Positions 37,651-48,963 of a stretch of 63,743 nucleotides of DNA are shown piece by piece; the stretch's first letter is position 1, and each line of letters opens with the position of its first letter. The DNA is from Bacteroidales bacterium (GTDB taxonomy: Bacteria > Bacteroidota > Bacteroidia > Bacteroidales > JAAYJT01). The stretch lies in assembly GCA_034370405.1 (NCBI GenBank), contig JAXMKY010000112.1, forward strand, positions 1 to 63,743, given 5' to 3'. Made by a program: the position numbers and the translations under genes. Below the pieces are notes generated by a model. It searched no databases. It saw nothing but the letters and a program-made list of their open reading frames with translations, and was not told the origin of the DNA.

Positions 37651-38391
37651 ATGAAAAAGACATTAATTTTTGTATTTTTACTCGCTTGCAGTAGCGTTGC
37701 CGGTTTTGCGCAACGTTCCGAACTTGGCGTATTTGGGGGTGTATCCTATTATCACGGTGAATTCAATCCTTTCATACCTTTCTTGCTTCAAAAACCTGCG
37801 TATGGCCTGGTATATAGGTACAATATTCATACGCGACTGGCAATCAAGGCAAATCTTATTCATGGATCTCTTGATGGCAAAGGCAAATATGCTGCACTTC
37901 CAACCCTACAACTTATGAGCTTTAATACAAGAGTTAATGAGTTTTCGGCTCAACTCGAGCTTAATTATTTCAACTACTTTACCGGAAGCCTTAGATCCTT
38001 TATTTCACCCTATATTTTTGGAGGTATAGGCTTTTATGTTTTTGACACAACTGCAATTACCCCAGGCATCAACCCCCGGAATCAATCTGACTGGCAAACG
38101 TTTTGGACAAAGACCGGAGCGGGCCCGAAATCAGAATTGGCTATAGTGTTTCCTTTTGGTGTAGGTGTTAAATACAGCTTATCGAAAATCGTCGGCCTAA
38201 GCTTGGAATGGGGCATGCGAAAAACACTCAACGACCTGCTCGACGGCTTGCATGATTTCGGGCAATCCGGTACGCAGGTTAAAAACTCGAAGGATAATGA
38301 TTGGTATAGCTTTGCAGGTGCCATGGTGACTGTAAGACTGCATGCAAACAAAAGAGCCATGTGTCGCGAAACTCACGACGTCAGGTTTTAA
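37651..38391 (+). CDS. Outer-membrane beta-barrel protein, DUF6089-like
   Basis: Signal peptide ..GFAQ, then RSELGVFGGVSYYHGEFNP and alternating-hydrophobic beta strands. It occupies the conserved position between nadK and uppS. Confidence 0.6.
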   Translation: MKKTLIFVFLLACSSVAGFAQRSELGVFGGVSYYHGEFNPFIPFLLQKPAYGLVYRYNIHTRLAIKANLIHGSLDGKGKYAALPTLQLMSFNTRVNEFSAQLELNYFNYFTGSLRSFISPYIFGGIGFYVFDTTAITPGINPRNQSDWQTFWTKTGAGPKSELAIVFPFGVGVKYSLSKIVGLSLEWGMRKTLNDLLDGLHDFGQSGTQVKNSKDNDWYSFAGAMVTVRLHANKRAMCRETHDVRF

Positions 38392-38460
38392 CAATACTTA
38401 ACAATAAAGTTTCCGTTGCATCCGGATTTTCTCCGTTAATTTGAATACCGATTGATAAAG

Positions 38461-39213
38461 ATGGATCTGAAAGAAAAAATTGACCTTGAAAAATTACCAG
38501 TGCACGTAGCCATAATCATGGACGGCAACGGTCGTTGGGCCAGAATGCGTGGCAAACACCGCGTATTTGGCCATGAGCAAGGCGTTATTTCGGTACGCGA
38601 AACAGCCGAAGCGGCGGCTGAGTTGGGCATTAAATACCTGACATTGTATGCTTTTTCGACCGAAAACTGGAATCGCCCGATGCAGGAGGTTGAAGCCCTG
38701 ATGGAACTTCTCGTTCAGACCATCAATCTGGAAACCAAAACACTGATTGACAACAATATCAGGCTGCTCACTATCGGCGACACGCAACGCCTTAATCATC
38801 AATGCTATGCCGAACTACAGAAAGCCATAGCAACAACTGCTTCAAACACCCGCATGGATCTAATTCTTGCCCTTAGCTATAGCAGCCGGTGGGAAATTAC
38901 TGAGGCCATGAAACAGATCGCTGCAAAAGTCCGGACCGGAGCGTTGCAGCCTGCTGATATTACCGAAAACATGATCTCATCGCACCTTGCTACGGCCGAT
39001 ATCCCTGATCCCGAACTACTTATACGTACCAGTGGCGAATATCGGATCAGCAATTTCATGCTATGGCAAAGTGCCTACACCGAGATGTACTTCACTCAAA
39101 CCATGTGGCCCGATTTCAGAAAAAACGACCTCCATGCAGCCATCATTGATTTCCAGCAACGCGAAAGAAGGTTTGGCAAGCTCAACGAACAACTAAACAC
39201 GTGCAAAAAGTAA
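38461..39213 (+). CDS. uppS: Isoprenyl transferase (undecaprenyl-diphosphate synthase)
   Basis: HVAIIMDGNGRWA, LTLYAFSTENWNRP, IRTSGEYRISNFMLWQ and RRFG. Confidence 0.95.
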   Translation: MDLKEKIDLEKLPVHVAIIMDGNGRWARMRGKHRVFGHEQGVISVRETAEAAAELGIKYLTLYAFSTENWNRPMQEVEALMELLVQTINLETKTLIDNNIRLLTIGDTQRLNHQCYAELQKAIATTASNTRMDLILALSYSSRWEITEAMKQIAAKVRTGALQPADITENMISSHLATADIPDPELLIRTSGEYRISNFMLWQSAYTEMYFTQTMWPDFRKNDLHAAIIDFQQRERRFGKLNEQLNTCKK

Positions 39214-41846
39214 TGAGAACCAGACATTTATTGTGGGCTTGCATCATCACGATCTGTTTTGCTCCGTCAGCCATTCTTGCCCAAACTCTTATTGGTTCTG
39301 ACCTGCCCGAAATCAATTATTCTAAACCAAGCACCTATACTATTGGTGGCATTACGGTGAAGGGCACCGAGTATCTCGACCCTGGAATCATCGTTGTGTT
39401 ATCGGGTTTGACCGTTGGCGACAAGGTTGAAATTCCCGGCGATAAGATCCGTAACGCCATCGAAAAGCTTTGGGAACAAGGGCTTTTCGAAAATATACGC
39501 GTCGTTGCCACCCGGTTCGAAGGCGATTACATCTTTCTTGAAATATCGCTGAGCGAAAGGCCCAGGCTTACACGATTTTCATTTCTCGGCATACGTAAAT
39601 CCGAAGCCGATGATCTCCGCGAAAAAATCAGGGTCGTGGTTGGCGATGTTGTAACTGATAACCTTGTGATGCGTACCAGCAACATCATCACTAAACACTT
39701 CAGCGACAAAGGATACCTGTCCACAGAAGTGAATATCCTTCGCAAACGCGATACAGTATCCATCAACAATGTCGAGCTTATTATCGAAGTTAAGAAAAAC
39801 AACCGTGTTCGCATCGAGCGGATTGAATTGCAAGGGAATTCAGCCCTCAGCGATCAAAAAATCAAACGGCAGCTTAAAAACACCAAGGAAAGAGGTGTAG
39901 TGAAACCTTTCGACAGCGTGGACTCGCTGTTGATAAATTCGGCAAAAGCCATTGCGCGGCTCGATATTGTCAAATTGGGCGAAAGTGTTGGAAAAGCTTT
40001 CGCAAACGATATCAACCCGAGGATTTTTAAGTCTTCGCGTCTTATCGAAAGCGATTTCAAGGATGACAAAGAAAAACTCATCCAGAAATACAATGAATTA
40101 GGCTACCGCGATGCGCGAATAACCAGCGATTCTATATATCGAAGCAGCGCCGATAACATTTCAATCAAATTAAATATTGACGAGGGACCACAGTATTATT
40201 TCAGAAACATCACCTGGATTGGAAACACCAAATTCAGCACCGAAGCCCTGAACTCAGTCCTTGGCATTCGTAAAGGCGATATATATAACCAGAAAATTCT
40301 TGACACCCATTTATCATACAATCCCAACGGAATAGACATCAGCTCTCTATATCTCGACGATGGCTATCTCTTTTTTAGAGTTACCCCCGTTGAGGTGTTG
40401 ATCGAAAACGACTCGATTGACCTTGAACTCAGGATTTATGAAGGCAAGCAAGCCACCATCAATCGCGTGAGTATTAAAGGAAATACCCGCACCAACGAGC
40501 ATGTGGTGATCCGTGAACTGCGTACACAACCTGGCCAGCTTTTCAATCGTTCGGATATCATCCGCTCAGTTCGCGACCTGGCACAATTGAGGTATTTCGA
40601 TGCCGAAAAAATAAATCCGGTCCCTTCTCCAAACCCAACCGATGGGACAGTTGATATAAACTATGAAGTGGAAGAAACCTCATCTGACCAAATCGAACTT
40701 TCTGGCGGGTGGGGCTATGGCCGCGTGATTGGCACCCTGGGTGTTTCGTTTAATAATTTCTCTACCCGAAACATTTTCAAAAAAGGCGCCTGGCGCCCTG
40801 TGCCCACTGGTGATGGCCAAAAGCTGAGCATTCGCCTTCAATCATACGGAACTGGTTATATCAGCTACAGTGCTTCGTTTACCGAACCCTGGCTGGGTGG
40901 TAAAAAACCAAATTCCTTCAGTGCATCCTATTCTCATTCATTGTTCAGCAATGGCTATTCGAAAAGCAGTGAAGGATATGGTGATTTTAAAATTGATGGT
41001 TTCTCATTAATGCTCGGCAAGCGCCTTACCTGGCCCGACGATTTCTTTGTTTTAATTCAGAATGTAAGCTATCAAAGATATTCGCTTAATAATTGGGGCC
41101 AAATTTTTTCATTTGGTTCCGGTAGCGGCGTTTACAACAGTGTCACTTACGGGATTACTTTCGGTCGCAAATCGGTTGACGCGCCAATTTATCCCCGCAG
41201 CGGATCGGATTTCACTTTAGGGCTCAATATCACACCACCTTACAGTGCCTTCTCGAACAAAAACTATAAAAACCTGGACGCTGACGAAAAGTACAAATGG
41301 ATTGAATATCACAAGTGGAACATCAGTACAGCATGGTATCAAACCATCGTAGATAAATTAGTGTTCAGCGTACGGTCGCGTTATGGTTTCCTGGGCTTAT
41401 ATAACCGCGATATTGGTGTAACGCCTTTCGGAAGATATTTCCTGGGGGGCGATGGACTTTCGGGTGGTTACAACTACGATGGGCGTGAAATTATTGCCTT
41501 CAGAGGCTACAGCAACGAATCAATGACCCCCGAATGGTATCGCGATAAGAGCCTTGGCGGAACCATTTTCAACAAAAACACCCTCGAACTTCGCTATCCG
41601 CTTTCGCTCAACCCCAGTGCAACCATTTATGCACTTGCTTTCGTTGAAGCGGGTGGAGCATGGCTTAAATTCAAAAACTTTAATCCATTCGACCTTAAAC
41701 GCTCAGCAGGTGTTGGGGTGCGTGTGTTCCTGCCTATGTTCGGATTACTTGGACTTGACTGGGGATACGGTTTCGACCCAATACCCGGAGTTCCTGGGGC
41801 TAACAAAGGGCAATTTCATTTTTCGATCAACCAATCTATTGATTAA
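39213..41846 (+). CDS. bamA: Outer-membrane protein assembly factor BamA
   Basis: Signal peptide, five POTRA-like repeats (I.I.GN), and an Omp85 barrel with GYGF...F C-terminal strands. The ATG overlaps the uppS stop (TAATG). Confidence 0.9.
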   Translation: MRTRHLLWACIITICFAPSAILAQTLIGSDLPEINYSKPSTYTIGGITVKGTEYLDPGIIVVLSGLTVGDKVEIPGDKIRNAIEKLWEQGLFENIRVVATRFEGDYIFLEISLSERPRLTRFSFLGIRKSEADDLREKIRVVVGDVVTDNLVMRTSNIITKHFSDKGYLSTEVNILRKRDTVSINNVELIIEVKKNNRVRIERIELQGNSALSDQKIKRQLKNTKERGVVKPFDSVDSLLINSAKAIARLDIVKLGESVGKAFANDINPRIFKSSRLIESDFKDDKEKLIQKYNELGYRDARITSDSIYRSSADNISIKLNIDEGPQYYFRNITWIGNTKFSTEALNSVLGIRKGDIYNQKILDTHLSYNPNGIDISSLYLDDGYLFFRVTPVEVLIENDSIDLELRIYEGKQATINRVSIKGNTRTNEHVVIRELRTQPGQLFNRSDIIRSVRDLAQLRYFDAEKINPVPSPNPTDGTVDINYEVEETSSDQIELSGGWGYGRVIGTLGVSFNNFSTRNIFKKGAWRPVPTGDGQKLSIRLQSYGTGYISYSASFTEPWLGGKKPNSFSASYSHSLFSNGYSKSSEGYGDFKIDGFSLMLGKRLTWPDDFFVLIQNVSYQRYSLNNWGQIFSFGSGSGVYNSVTYGITFGRKSVDAPIYPRSGSDFTLGLNITPPYSAFSNKNYKNLDADEKYKWIEYHKWNISTAWYQTIVDKLVFSVRSRYGFLGLYNRDIGVTPFGRYFLGGDGLSGGYNYDGREIIAFRGYSNESMTPEWYRDKSLGGTIFNKNTLELRYPLSLNPSATIYALAFVEAGGAWLKFKNFNPFDLKRSAGVGVRVFLPMFGLLGLDWGYGFDPIPGVPGANKGQFHFSINQSID

Positions 41847-41979
41847 TAACAATTTAGTGCTTTATTAGTTTCTTGGCAAGGAATTTGCATAAGAGATCAT
41901 ACAGTCAAAAACAGTATTTAATACCAAACCAGGAGGAACATCTATGAAAACGTATCCTAAAACCATTGCAACCATCGCT

Positions 41980-42492
41980 ATGAAAAGCATCATACTTTTC
42001 AGCATCCTCTCTTTCGCAGGGTTTACAGCTAAAGCACAAAAGTTTGCTTACGTAGATACTGATTATATTCTTGAGCATATTCCGGAATATAACAGTGCCC
42101 AAGCCACCCTCGATAACCTTACGGTTCAGTGGCAAAAAGAAATTGAAGCAAAGTTTGCCGAGATCGAAAAAATGTATAAGACCTATCAAACCGAGTCGGT
42201 GTTACTTCCCGAAGAAATGAAGCGAAAACGTGAAGATGAGATTATCAAGAAAGAAAAAGAAGTGAAAGATCTCCAGCAAAAACGTTTTGGCAAAGAGGGC
42301 GATCTGACCAAAAAACGAGAAGAACTGATCAAGCCCATCCAGGAAAAGATTTACACTGCTTTACAGGAAATTGCCAATCAGGGCAACTATGCTGTAATAT
42401 TTGACAAAGCAGGCAGCCTCTCAATGGTTTATACCAACCCCAGATTCGACATTAGCGAAGAAGTATTGACCAAGATGGGATACAGTTATTAG
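41980..42492 (+). CDS. OmpH/Skp-family chaperone
   Basis: Signal MKSIILFSILSFAGFTAKAQ, KFAYVDTDYIL, and a coiled-coil with the F.K..A..E.E......L...Q pattern. Alternative ATG at 41944. Confidence 0.8.
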   Translation: MKSIILFSILSFAGFTAKAQKFAYVDTDYILEHIPEYNSAQATLDNLTVQWQKEIEAKFAEIEKMYKTYQTESVLLPEEMKRKREDEIIKKEKEVKDLQQKRFGKEGDLTKKREELIKPIQEKIYTALQEIANQGNYAVIFDKAGSLSMVYTNPRFDISEEVLTKMGYSY

Positions 42493-42510
42493 GAGTGATG
42501 CTAATTTTTT

Positions 42511-42518
42511 TATTTTTG
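42511..42518 (+). promoter_or_regulatory. -7 promoter box TATTTTTG
   Basis: TAnnTTTG match 50 nt upstream of the ATG at 42568. Confidence 0.4.
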
Positions 42519-42567
42519 CATCCTATAAAATCAGAAAAATCAATAAATTAATTATTTAAAACGAGAG

Positions 42568-43083
42568 ATGAAAAAACTAATCAGCTTTATGCTAATGATC
42601 GCGTTGGGTTTTATCGCCTTAGGCCTTTCAGCACAGACAAAAGGGAAATTCGGACACCTTGATTTTGCAAAATTATACTCAGAGATGCCAGGACAGGATT
42701 CTATAAAGAAAGTTTTTGAAGAACATGCCCGTGCATTGCAGGAAACCTTCTCGCAGATGCAAACTGAGTATCAGAGCAAGTTGCAAGATTACCAGGCCAA
42801 TATGGCCTCACTATCGAATCTGATTCGCCAGAACAAGGAACGCGAGATCATGGATATTCAAACCCGTATGGAGAATTTCCGTACACAGGCAGAAGAGGAT
42901 CTGCAAGACAAGGAAGCAGAATTAACCAAACCGATTATTGAACGTGCGCGTATTGCCGTGAAGGAGGTTGCCAAAGAAAATGGATACGCTTACATTTTCA
43001 ACAGTGCCGAAGGATTATTGTTGTATTCCGATCCAGGCGACGACATCACTCCACTGGTAAAGAAGAAACTGGGGATGAAATAG
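42568..43083 (+). CDS. OmpH/Skp-family chaperone (second copy)
   Basis: Signal peptide ..GLSAQ, KFGHLDFAKLY and a coiled-coil body. It is a tandem paralog downstream of bamA. Confidence 0.8.
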   Translation: MKKLISFMLMIALGFIALGLSAQTKGKFGHLDFAKLYSEMPGQDSIKKVFEEHARALQETFSQMQTEYQSKLQDYQANMASLSNLIRQNKEREIMDIQTRMENFRTQAEEDLQDKEAELTKPIIERARIAVKEVAKENGYAYIFNSAEGLLLYSDPGDDITPLVKKKLGMK

Positions 43084-43096
43084 AAGGCTGGTAAAA

Positions 43097-43143
43097 CCAA
43101 ACCAAAAGAGGCTGCAGTAATAATGCAGTCTCTTTTGGTTTGG
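43097..43143. terminator. Bidirectional hairpin terminator between convergent genes
   Basis: CCAAACCAAAAGAGGCTGCA (43097-43116) and TGCAGTCTCTTTTGGTTTGG (43124-43143) pair at 19 of 20 bp around a 7-nt loop. A/T runs are embedded in both arms. Confidence 0.65.
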
Positions 43144-43154
43144 CCTGCAGCCTT

Positions 43155-43835
43155 CTACCTTCTGTTGCCCAAAAAGATATAGACATAATAGAGCAGCGTT
43201 GCCAGTGATGCGAGTGCAGCCACTACATAGGTATAGGCAGCCCAACGCAAAGCCTCCTGCGCCTTTGGATGGGTTTGGCTGCTGGTAATACCTGCGCCAT
43301 TCAACCAAGCCAGTGCCCTGCGGCTGGCATCAATCTCAACGGGTAGGGTGATGAAGCTAAACAATGTCATCAAGGCAAACATGACAATCCCTGCCAATAG
43401 AATAGCCGGAAAAGTCTGAACCAGGATAACACCAGCCAACAAGACCCATTGAACCCATTTTGAGGTAATACTCACAACCGGAACTAACTTCGAGCGCATC
43501 TGCAAAAAACTGTAGGCATGGGCATGTTGTATGGCATGTCCGCATTCGTGGGCGGCTACGGCCGCAGCGGCCACACTGTTCCCATTAAACACATCGGTGC
43601 TGAGATTCACTGTTTTGTTTAATGGGTTGTAATGATCGGTAAGTTGCCCATCCACCGAAATCACTTTAACATCATTCACTCCATTTTGAGAGAGCATACG
43701 TTCAGCAACATCCTTGCCGCTAAGTCCGCCATTGATCGGAATTTTTGAAAAAGCCTTGAATTTCGATTTCAATTGTGCTCCAACAAGCCAGCTAAGGCCG
43801 GCAAAAACGATAAAAATAATCCAGATAGGTGCCAT
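43155..43835 (-). CDS. Membrane zinc metallopeptidase (Zn_peptidase_2 family)
   Basis: N-terminal TM segment, HECGHAIQH zinc motif and C-terminal TM segments. Confidence 0.85.
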   Translation of the reverse strand: MAPIWIIFIVFAGLSWLVGAQLKSKFKAFSKIPINGGLSGKDVAERMLSQNGVNDVKVISVDGQLTDHYNPLNKTVNLSTDVFNGNSVAAAAVAAHECGHAIQHAHAYSFLQMRSKLVPVVSITSKWVQWVLLAGVILVQTFPAILLAGIVMFALMTLFSFITLPVEIDASRRALAWLNGAGITSSQTHPKAQEALRWAAYTYVVAALASLATLLYYVYIFLGNRR

Positions 43836-43957
43836 TTTTGTTGTTTGTTTTAAATATTGAATTGTAGATAGTCAACATCCTTGCCACATGATGCGACACG
43901 AAGAATAACGCCAAAATGGCATAAATTGTTTTTTATAGGTAATATGATTAGTCATCA

Positions 43958-44512
43958 TCATAAATCAGAAGTCGTAGTTATCCGTCTTTCATCATCTGAT
44001 TCCTTATACCATCCGGCATATTTCACATAGCTGTTGGCAATGCGTTCAATCTGCCCTTCGAACAAGGCTTCATCAATGATATTAATCTTTTTAGCCGGAA
44101 TACCGCCATATACGCTTCCGCTTTCCACCACAGTGTTTTCGAGCACCACCGAGCCGGCAGCAATCACCGAATTACTACCTATCACAGCATGATCCATGAT
44201 GATGGCCCCCATGCCAATCAGCACGTTGTCGTGTATGGTACATCCATGTACAATAGCATTGTGGGCAATTGATACGTTGTTACCAATATTCACCGGTGCT
44301 GTTTGATAGGTGCAATGGATGATTGCCCCATCCTGGATATTTACTTTATTACCGATGCGGATGTAATGCACATCGCCTCTGACAACCGCGTTGAACCAAA
44401 CACTGCAGTCGTCGCCCATAACAACATCTCCAATAATGGTGGAGTTGTCGGCCAGGTAGCAGGTGTGGCCAAAAGTTGGAGTAAAGCCGCGGACAGATTT
44501 AATAAGGGCCAT
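43958..44512 (-). CDS. Gamma-carbonic-anhydrase-like left-handed beta-helix (hexapeptide repeat) protein
   Basis: YLADNSTIIGDVVMGDDCSVWFNAVVRGDV..IRIGNKVNIQDGAIIH and repeated hexapeptide units. The His triad context is present. Confidence 0.85.
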   Translation of the reverse strand: MALIKSVRGFTPTFGHTCYLADNSTIIGDVVMGDDCSVWFNAVVRGDVHYIRIGNKVNIQDGAIIHCTYQTAPVNIGNNVSIAHNAIVHGCTIHDNVLIGMGAIIMDHAVIGSNSVIAAGSVVLENTVVESGSVYGGIPAKKINIIDEALFEGQIERIANSYVKYAGWYKESDDERRITTTSDL

Positions 44513-44533
44513 TTTAGAACCTGAATTTTACGA

Positions 44534-45817
44534 TTACAACTCAAGCAATGCCTGCATGGGGTCGTTGCCTTCGAATAGCATGGTGGACGGATCTTCGATC
44601 ATTTGTTTCACTTTCACCAGGAAGCCCACCGATTCGCGGCCATCAATCACCCGGTGATCGAATGACAGGGCTAAATACATCATGGGGCGGATTTCTACCT
44701 TTCCATCAATTGCAACCGGGCGGTCAATAATATTATGCATACCCAGGATAGCACTTTGCGGTGGATTAATGATGGGAGTTGACAGCATCGAGCCAAATAC
44801 CCCTCCGTTGGTGATGGTGAAAGTGCCTCCGGTCATCTCTTCGAGGGTGATCTTATTATCGCGGGCACGAGTTGCCAACTCTTTAATTTTATGCTCTATT
44901 TGTTCCAATCCAAGGGTTTCAACATTACGGATTACAGGTACCACCAGCCCTTTGGGCGCGGTCACAGCAATGCCAATGTCAACGTATTTATGAAAAATCA
45001 TTTCATCGCCATCAAGATGGCTGTTTACCTGCGGAAAGTGTTTTAAGGCTTCGGACACAGCCAGGGCAAAAAATGATACAAACCCTATCCCCACTCCGTA
45101 TTTTTTCTTGAATGGTTCAGCATATTGTTTCCGAAGTGCGATCACCCGGGTCATATCCACTTCATTGAAAGTAGTAAGCATGGCCATTTCCTGCTTCACA
45201 GCCACCAGGCGTTGAGCAAGTTTCAGGCGAAGGGTTGAGAGCTTTTTGCGCTCTACCTCACGAGAACCATCAAACACGGGTTGTCCGGGCATGGAAACAG
45301 GCTTAACTTTTCTGCTTATGTATTCTTCAACATCAGAGCGCGAAATGCGCAGGTGGTAGAAATGGTTTATTATTTTTCCTTCTCTGATGCTTTTTTCGGT
45401 CATTAGCTTACGGGCCAGCGGCGATACACTCACCTGCAAATCACCCGGTAGTTTTGCATCAGCAACCGGGTGTTTAACTTTTTCTTTTTCAGCAGGCTTG
45501 GCTTCAGCACCAGCATCTACAGGTTCGGAGCTGTGCGGTTTTTCATCCCGTACTGCACGCTTTTTCGCACCGGGTGCCTGTACAGTAACTTCAAGGGTAG
45601 CTATTACACTGCCTACCTTGATGGTTTCGCCTTGTTGAACCATTATTTTCAATATACCCGACTCCGGTGCACTCAGGCTGAGGGTGGCTTTATCAGAATC
45701 AATCTCGACAATATCAATATCTTTTTCCACATAATCGCCATCGTTGGCAAGCCAGGAAGCCAATTGTACTTCTGTAATGGATTCGCCTGGGCTGGGAACT
45801 TTAATTTCGATGATCAT
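44534..45817 (-). CDS. sucB: 2-oxoglutarate dehydrogenase E2 (dihydrolipoyllysine-residue succinyltransferase)
   Basis: Lipoyl domain ([15 protein letters not shown]), an Ala/Pro/Lys linker, a subunit-binding domain (SPLARKL) and the catalytic motif SFDHRVIDG. Confidence 0.9.
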   Translation of the reverse strand: MIIEIKVPSPGESITEVQLASWLANDGDYVEKDIDIVEIDSDKATLSLSAPESGILKIMVQQGETIKVGSVIATLEVTVQAPGAKKRAVRDEKPHSSEPVDAGAEAKPAEKEKVKHPVADAKLPGDLQVSVSPLARKLMTEKSIREGKIINHFYHLRISRSDVEEYISRKVKPVSMPGQPVFDGSREVERKKLSTLRLKLAQRLVAVKQEMAMLTTFNEVDMTRVIALRKQYAEPFKKKYGVGIGFVSFFALAVSEALKHFPQVNSHLDGDEMIFHKYVDIGIAVTAPKGLVVPVIRNVETLGLEQIEHKIKELATRARDNKITLEEMTGGTFTITNGGVFGSMLSTPIINPPQSAILGMHNIIDRPVAIDGKVEIRPMMYLALSFDHRVIDGRESVGFLVKVKQMIEDPSTMLFEGNDPMQALLEL

Positions 45818-45924
45818 GATGAATTATTTGAGTTTAGATGTTAATTTTTGCCACTCGATCGTATGGCCGCAGCGGAACCTTGAACCTTGAACTTGCAACT
45901 TCTCCCCCTGCCATATAATAGTTC

Positions 45925-48738
45925 TTAATCCGCTACCATTTCGTCATCTCTTTCCATCGCAGGACGCCATTCTTTGGGTGCGCAAACCATTTTACAAACA
46001 ACATTGATGTTGGAACAATTGCATTCGCCGAAGGCTTTTTCCACAATTTTACGTTGCCTGATGTTGTGCAGGTGTACCGAGCCTGTTGCCGGGCTACCAC
46101 TCTCGGGGCGGGCAACCAGTAACAAGTCAATATTTTTAAACTTCCTCGACATATAGGTCCAGGCACCCATATTGGCGGGTTCTTCCTGAACCCAGGTAAA
46201 AACCTCAGCCAATGAGTATTGTTTTAGTACCTCATTCAACTGTTTTTCAGGGAAAGGATATAACTGCTCAATACGAATGATTGTCGTTTCCCACTTATTT
46301 TCTTTTCTGCGTTCTTCGAGTAATTCATAATATATTTTGCCGGAGCAGAAAAGCACCCTGCGAATTTTTGAACTATCGGCTTCATGGTCGCCTATCACTT
46401 CACGGAAACCTCCGATGGTGAATTCACTGAGTGATGAAACACATTCCGGATGCCTGAGCAGGCTCTTGGGTGTGAAAACGATCAATGGTTTGCGAAAATC
46501 GCGGCACAATTGCCTGCGCAGGAGGTGAAAAAAGTTAGCGGGTGTGGTGCAATTGGCAACCTGCATGTTCAAGTCGGCACAAAGCGAAAGGAAGCGTTCG
46601 AGCCTGGCATTGCTGTGTTCAGGTCCTTGCCCCTCATATCCGTGCGGCAACAATAACACAAGGTCATTCATCACTTTCCATTTTTCTTCGGCACAACAGA
46701 TGTATTGATCAATGATGACCTGGGCACCGTTGTTGAAATCACCAAACTGGGCTTCCCAAATGGTAAGGGTTTTGGGCGTTGCAAGGGCATAGCCATATTC
46801 AAAACCAAGCACCCCATACTCGGAAAGCAGGGAATTGTAAACCTCAAATTTTGACTGCCCAGGGCCTATATGGTTCAGTGGAATATATTTCTCTTCGGAA
46901 TCCTCCATAGTAAGTACGGAATGCCGGTGCGAAAAAGTGCCCCGCTGCACGTCCTGACCACTCAGTCGAACAGGGACTCCTTCGTTTAACAGGGCGCCAT
47001 AAGCCAAGAGTTCCCCCATGGCCCAATCCAACTTGTCGGTTTTATCAAGCATGTTGCGGCGATCTTGGAGTAAACGCAGCAATTTTCTATTTACCGACAA
47101 ATTAGCTGGAGGTTCGGTGATTTTGTTCCCGATCTTCAGCAGGATTTTACGATCTACCGCTGTGACCGGGGATTCATCGAAATCCAGTGCAGTTGCCGCG
47201 CGAATATTCTGCCAGGTATGTTGGAAAAAGGAAGTAACTTTTGATTTTGATTGTTTCTGCGATGTTGTGAGCGCTGATTCGAGCTTCTGGTTTATTATAC
47301 CTTCAACCTCCATCACATCTTCCTTGCTCAGCGCCTGGCTATCAAACAACTTTTGGCTGTAGATACTGAATGGATCGGGGTGTTTTTCTATGATTTTGTA
47401 TAGTACAGGCTGTGTAAATCTTGGTTCATCTCCTTCGTTATGGCCGTATTTACGGTAGCAGAGGATATCAATGAATATGTCTTTATGGAATGTTGCCCTG
47501 AACTCCATGGCCATTTTTATGATGAAGACAAGCGCCTCCATATCATCACCATTGACGTGAAAAACAGGCGCGTGAACAGTTTTGGCTACATCGGTACAAT
47601 AGATACTTGTACGGGCATCGAGGTAGTTGGTTGTAAATCCTATCTGATTATTGATCACCAGGTGAATGGTTCCACCGGTTTTGTAACCTTCGAGACCTGA
47701 TATTTGCAATACCTCATACACTATTCCCTGGCCTGCAATAGATGCGTCGCCATGAATGAGAATGGGAGTTACTTTGTTAAAGTCGCCTTTATGATGTTGG
47801 TCAATTCTTGAACGAACAATACCTTCAACCACCGGGTTAACAGCTTCGAGGTGCGAAGGATTGGGGCACAGTGATAATGTTACCGATTTCCCGCTTGCTG
47901 TTTTTCGAGTAGAGGTATAGCCGAGGTGATACTTTACATCTCCCAATATGTATTCATCTTCGTACTGCTTGTTGGCAAACTCGTTGAAAATATCATAATA
48001 TGGTTTTTTCATGATGTTGGCGAGCACATTGAGGCGTCCGCGATGGGCCATGCCGATCACAAATTCCTGGGTTCCCAGGTCAGCCCCTTTTTCAATGACT
48101 GCATCAAGAGCCGGTATCAAGGATTCAGCCCCTTCGAGCGAAAACCTTTTCTGACCTGTGAATTTGCGATGGATGAATTTTTCGAAAAGTGTAGCCTGGG
48201 CAAGCTTTTGAAGTATTACCCGTTTTTCGGAGGTCGAAAAATCGGGGGTAGCCTTGGATGTTTCTATTTTATTCTGCAGCCAGCGATTGATCGTCTTATT
48301 ACGAATAAACATATACTCCGAACCAATACTCTGGCAATAAATTTCTTGAAGGCGCTGAATGATATCGCTTAACCCGGCTTTGCCAAGTCCAATTTCACTT
48401 CCGGCTTCAAACATAGCGCCCAGGTCATTGGGCGATAACCCATAGTTCTCAATGTCAAGTGTGGGCGTATAAGTTCTGCGTTGCCTTACAGGATTGGTTT
48501 TGGTAAACAAATGACCCCGCTGCCGGTAATCATTGATCAGATTGATTACCTTAAATTCATTGGGAATCTGCACACCGCGACTGCTATGCGGGGAGTAGTG
48601 TTTCGTGGCAAACTCAAAACCTTCGAAAAACTGCCGCCATCCGGGTTCAACAGTTTCCGGATTTTCAATAAATGCCTGATACATTTGTTCAATGGCACCG
48701 TGTTCGGCATTTGAGAGATAGGATAGTTTATCAATCAT
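45925..48738 (-). CDS. sucA: 2-oxoglutarate dehydrogenase E1 component
   Basis: 937 aa with N-terminal YLSNAEHGAIEQMYQAF, GMAHRGRLNVL, IHGDASIAGQGIVYE, GHNEGDEP, EAQFGDF and LLPHGYEGQGPEHSNAR. Confidence 0.95.
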   Translation of the reverse strand: MIDKLSYLSNAEHGAIEQMYQAFIENPETVEPGWRQFFEGFEFATKHYSPHSSRGVQIPNEFKVINLINDYRQRGHLFTKTNPVRQRRTYTPTLDIENYGLSPNDLGAMFEAGSEIGLGKAGLSDIIQRLQEIYCQSIGSEYMFIRNKTINRWLQNKIETSKATPDFSTSEKRVILQKLAQATLFEKFIHRKFTGQKRFSLEGAESLIPALDAVIEKGADLGTQEFVIGMAHRGRLNVLANIMKKPYYDIFNEFANKQYEDEYILGDVKYHLGYTSTRKTASGKSVTLSLCPNPSHLEAVNPVVEGIVRSRIDQHHKGDFNKVTPILIHGDASIAGQGIVYEVLQISGLEGYKTGGTIHLVINNQIGFTTNYLDARTSIYCTDVAKTVHAPVFHVNGDDMEALVFIIKMAMEFRATFHKDIFIDILCYRKYGHNEGDEPRFTQPVLYKIIEKHPDPFSIYSQKLFDSQALSKEDVMEVEGIINQKLESALTTSQKQSKSKVTSFFQHTWQNIRAATALDFDESPVTAVDRKILLKIGNKITEPPANLSVNRKLLRLLQDRRNMLDKTDKLDWAMGELLAYGALLNEGVPVRLSGQDVQRGTFSHRHSVLTMEDSEEKYIPLNHIGPGQSKFEVYNSLLSEYGVLGFEYGYALATPKTLTIWEAQFGDFNNGAQVIIDQYICCAEEKWKVMNDLVLLLPHGYEGQGPEHSNARLERFLSLCADLNMQVANCTTPANFFHLLRRQLCRDFRKPLIVFTPKSLLRHPECVSSLSEFTIGGFREVIGDHEADSSKIRRVLFCSGKIYYELLEERRKENKWETTIIRIEQLYPFPEKQLNEVLKQYSLAEVFTWVQEEPANMGAWTYMSRKFKNIDLLLVARPESGSPATGSVHLHNIRQRKIVEKAFGECNCSNINVVCKMVCAPKEWRPAMERDDEMVAD

Positions 48739-48910
48739 AACCTGTATAGTCGCTTAGCAAAAAATAATTACGACCCCCGCCTGGAAAAACCAGTATTGTT
48801 GAACTGTATTCAGGACTTTAGATCAATGATATCACAAATATACGTTGTTTGGTTTACAACGCAGTAACCAAAATTTAACAATTCAAATGGTGCAAAGTTT
48901 ATTACCGGAT

Positions 48911-48937
48911 AAAAAAAAGCCCATTTCGATAATGGGC
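48911..48937 (-). terminator. Rho-independent terminator downstream of the ferredoxin gene
   Basis: The minus strand reads GCCCATT-atcga-AATGGGC followed by T8. Confidence 0.7.
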
Positions 48938-48963
48938 TCTTCATATTCTGTCAGAAATACTGT